DNA of 64,000 nucleotides. Source: Candidatus Eiseniibacteriota bacterium (GTDB taxonomy: Bacteria; Eisenbacteria; RBG-16-71-46). The stretch covers positions 192,001 to 256,000 of the forward strand of contig JBGAML010000002.1 in NCBI GenBank assembly GCA_044223005.1, given 5' to 3'. This document shows, piece by piece, positions 61,852-64,000 of the stretch. Both the position numbers and the translations under genes were made by a program. The notes under the pieces are model-generated. The model made no database searches. It worked only from the letters and a program-made list of their open reading frames with translations, and was not told where the DNA came from. The number at the start of each line of letters is the position of its first letter. Position 1 is the stretch's first letter.

Positions 61852-62436
61852 TCAGTCGGGCGTCCGCCCGCTCGTGGAGGCTCCGTCTCGCTCGCGTGCC
61901 CGCCACGCGGCGAGCACCGCGCGGGCTTCGGCATCCGCGCGTGCGGGGAGCTTGCGGTACTCGGAGCAGTCGCTCGTGCGCGTGAGCAGGCGGTGGTTCA
62001 CCAGCTCGCGCCGCAGCGTCACGTGGTCGCCGAACGTGTTCGCCTCGCGCAGCACCGCGTTCACGTCCTTCTCGGTGTAGGCACGCTTCGGCTCGAAGCG
62101 AGCCCACAGGATCCACATCGCGAGCCGCTGCACGGCGAGGCGCGAAGGCCACTGCGTGAGGCGGCCGCGCGTGTCGAAGAGCCGCAGCGCGCGCTTCGCG
62201 TGCTCGGAGAGCGGCGCCGGAGGCTCGCGATCCTCGGGCGCCACGCGTGCGGGCGGGGCGTTCCGGGAAGCGCGCAGTGCCTGGAAGTTGCGATGCCCGG
62301 CCGCGCGCGAGAGCAGGTTCAGCCACTCGACGTGGGTGGGCGGAGACGACGACTCGCGCGAGGCGTGGGCGCGGGCGAGTGCGCGCGCGAACGCCGACAG
62401 GTCGTCGACGGCGAAGGGAATCGGATCACGGGGCAT
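61852..62436 (-). CDS. DUF2087 domain protein
   Basis: DDLSAFARAL, THVEWLNLLSRAAGHRNFQ, YTEKDVNAVL...FGDHVTLRRELV..LLTR. Confidence 0.8.
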   Translation of the reverse strand: MPRDPIPFAVDDLSAFARALARAHASRESSSPPTHVEWLNLLSRAAGHRNFQALRASRNAPPARVAPEDREPPAPLSEHAKRALRLFDTRGRLTQWPSRLAVQRLAMWILWARFEPKRAYTEKDVNAVLREANTFGDHVTLRRELVNHRLLTRTSDCSEYRKLPARADAEARAVLAAWRARERDGASTSGRTPD

Positions 62437-62632
62437 GGCTCGTCCTCACCTGCGATGCGCGCGCTCGCGACCGGGAAATCCCGGTGGCCGGTGGTCGCCG
62501 ACTTGCCGGCCGGGCGCACGCCGCATGGTGCGGGAGCGACTCCGTGGCCGTGGATGCGTGGCAGGTTCAGCTCGCGGAAACGTGTCCCGCGCGGCGACGC
62601 CTGGGTGGACTGCCGACCCGGCGCCGATCATA
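62437..62632 (-). promoter_or_regulatory. -10 box TATGAT and structured ~185-nt 5' leader of the DUF2087 gene
   Basis: TATGAT at 62632-62627; stems GGCAG/CTGCC, AGTCGC/GCGACC and ACCGGGA/TCCCGGT before the GAGG RBS. Confidence 0.35.
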
Positions 62633-62743
62633 GCGCAACCGGCCGCGCGGGCCGAACGTCCGGCGTGCGAGCCCGGTCTGGAGCGAGGCCGCCCGAACTC
62701 TCGCTCGGGCGGCCTCGCGACGAAACTCCGGCAGGTCGAGGTC

Positions 62744-63670
62744 TCAGGGGCGCCAGAGGTGGAAGCTCTTGACCTGCAGCTTCACGGAGGAACTGGCGTT
62801 GCTCCCCGTGGCGCCAGCCCATCCCCAGCCGTTTGCGCCGACACTCGCGTGCGCCCAGACCCGGTACTCCCTTCCGGGCAGCATCCGGACCTTCGCCGAG
62901 ATCCTCAGTTCCTGCGACGTGGAGCTAATCTGGGTGTCCGCCACGATGGAATGCTGCTCGTCCCAGAGATTGTAGATCGTGTTTTCGGCCACGACCCACT
63001 CCGCCGCCCCCTGATCGTAGTACTCAATTGCGAGTCCCATCTGGCTCCATGAGGCCACGTCGTAGCAGAAGCACTTCGCGCTGAACATGCACGAGTACGA
63101 GAACTCGATGGTCGCGAGCAGGTCGTCCGTATCCGCCGTCGTGGGTGAGCCGGCGGTGACCCCGACGCCGGCGGCGGACATGGCGCTGCAGTGCATCCGG
63201 CGATCGACATCGCCCTCAGGTGCGTAGGCGGAACAGGCAAACTCGCCAGTGGACGTCGACGCGTCGGCGCTTGCGTAACCATTCTGTGTGTAGGTCATTT
63301 CGCGGTAGTACCAATCGAACGGCTCGCGGCGGATGCTGTGAATCCGGAGATCTCGCACTGCCACGAACCGCTTACGGGGCGGCCTCGGCCGCTTCGCCAC
63401 GGGAGTCTCGTGCACGTTCTGGCGACGGGCCCATTGGGCGAGCCTGGCCATGCGTGTGTCGCTCATCGACGGGCCCGCCAGCGCATCCAGAATACGGCCG
63501 TTCACGAGTGCTCGTGCGCGCTGGCGGCGCACCTCGGCCTTCCAGTTCGCTTGCTGCAGGGCCTCGATCGCAGGATGCGCCAGCGCGCGGCGGGGTTCGG
63601 GACGAGGACGCCTTCGAGCGGCGAGGACGGGACGACGTTTCGAGGCGGATGCGCGACGGATTGCGGCCAT
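62744..63670 (-). CDS. hypothetical protein (basic N-terminus, beta-rich C-terminus)
   Basis: long ORF whose C-terminal half has Tyr/Trp/Ser-rich composition unlike shadow ORFs; start uncertain (63670 or 63706). Confidence 0.55.
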   Translation of the reverse strand: MAAIRRASASKRRPVLAARRRPRPEPRRALAHPAIEALQQANWKAEVRRQRARALVNGRILDALAGPSMSDTRMARLAQWARRQNVHETPVAKRPRPPRKRFVAVRDLRIHSIRREPFDWYYREMTYTQNGYASADASTSTGEFACSAYAPEGDVDRRMHCSAMSAAGVGVTAGSPTTADTDDLLATIEFSYSCMFSAKCFCYDVASWSQMGLAIEYYDQGAAEWVVAENTIYNLWDEQHSIVADTQISSTSQELRISAKVRMLPGREYRVWAHASVGANGWGWAGATGSNASSSVKLQVKSFHLWRP

Positions 63671-64000
63671 GGCGACCCCCGGCGTGTTTCCTTGAACTGC
63701 TCGCACTCCAGTTCCGAGGGGCAGGGGTGCATCGGCGCACGCGGTGCCCGTGACCGGGATGCGTCGTCGATCGCGCCAGACTCAGGGCCCGGCGGCCGCA
63801 GGGCAAGGGAAATGCTCGCCCGCTCGGCAGGAATGCGGTCATCCGTGTGGCGCAGCAAATCCCAGAAGCGGTGCACCTCGCTCGCATGCGGGAGCCGCGT
63901 GGGGACGTCGCGTTCGGCGGATCGGGTTCGATCAGCGATACACGCTCTTCAGCTGGCCCCAGGTGCGGGTCGGAGCCGACGTCGGGAAGCCGGCCCACAC

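Noticed and set aside
62490..62606. ZTP (pfl) riboswitch-like words on the plus strand (GGTCGC..GGGAGCGACT..CGCCTGGG)
   Set aside because: The pseudoknot-forming TGGCG is absent (TTGCCG instead) and no plus-strand gene follows; more likely the antisense of the DUF2087 leader stems

Overview
High-GC bacterial DNA. The secreted proteins with FlgD/T9SS-like or 'TWGxxK' C-termini suggest an Eisenbacteria/Latescibacteria-like FCB lineage, but that is inference only. Positions 1-6256 are housekeeping-type genes (DUF1003, pepD, uup-like ABC-F, HI0933/YhiN-family flavoprotein). The most striking structure is that a 36-bp block near the 3' end of the HI0933 gene (6176-6211) recurs four more times in direct orientation, at 9555, 11954, 38081 and 41587. 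These copies divide ~35 kb of accessory DNA into four cargo modules. Three copies carry a pair of 7-mers with 11-bp period exactly 142-144 bp upstream, resembling integrase arm sites, yet no integrase is visible in the window. This looks like a tandem array of islands or cassettes captured at a protein-coding att site. The cargo includes a 12-repeat NHL lipoprotein, TetR+DUF418, a Lol-like ABC operon and a ~19-kb osmotic-stress cluster (OtsA/OtsB, TreT/DUF5752, MscS channels, ClC, antiporters, Usp) marked by a recurrent TGACC-N4-GGTCA operator. One 194-aa gene is present in two modules. From ~42.5 kb onward are transporters, secreted proteins, an ECF sigma/Ser-Thr kinase pair, a PIG-L deacetylase, a VPS10/BNR protein, a 4Fe-4S membrane protein and a DUF2087 gene with a structured leader. 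No rRNA, tRNA, CRISPR array or transposase was recognised. All family calls are from motif recognition by eye, not database searches.
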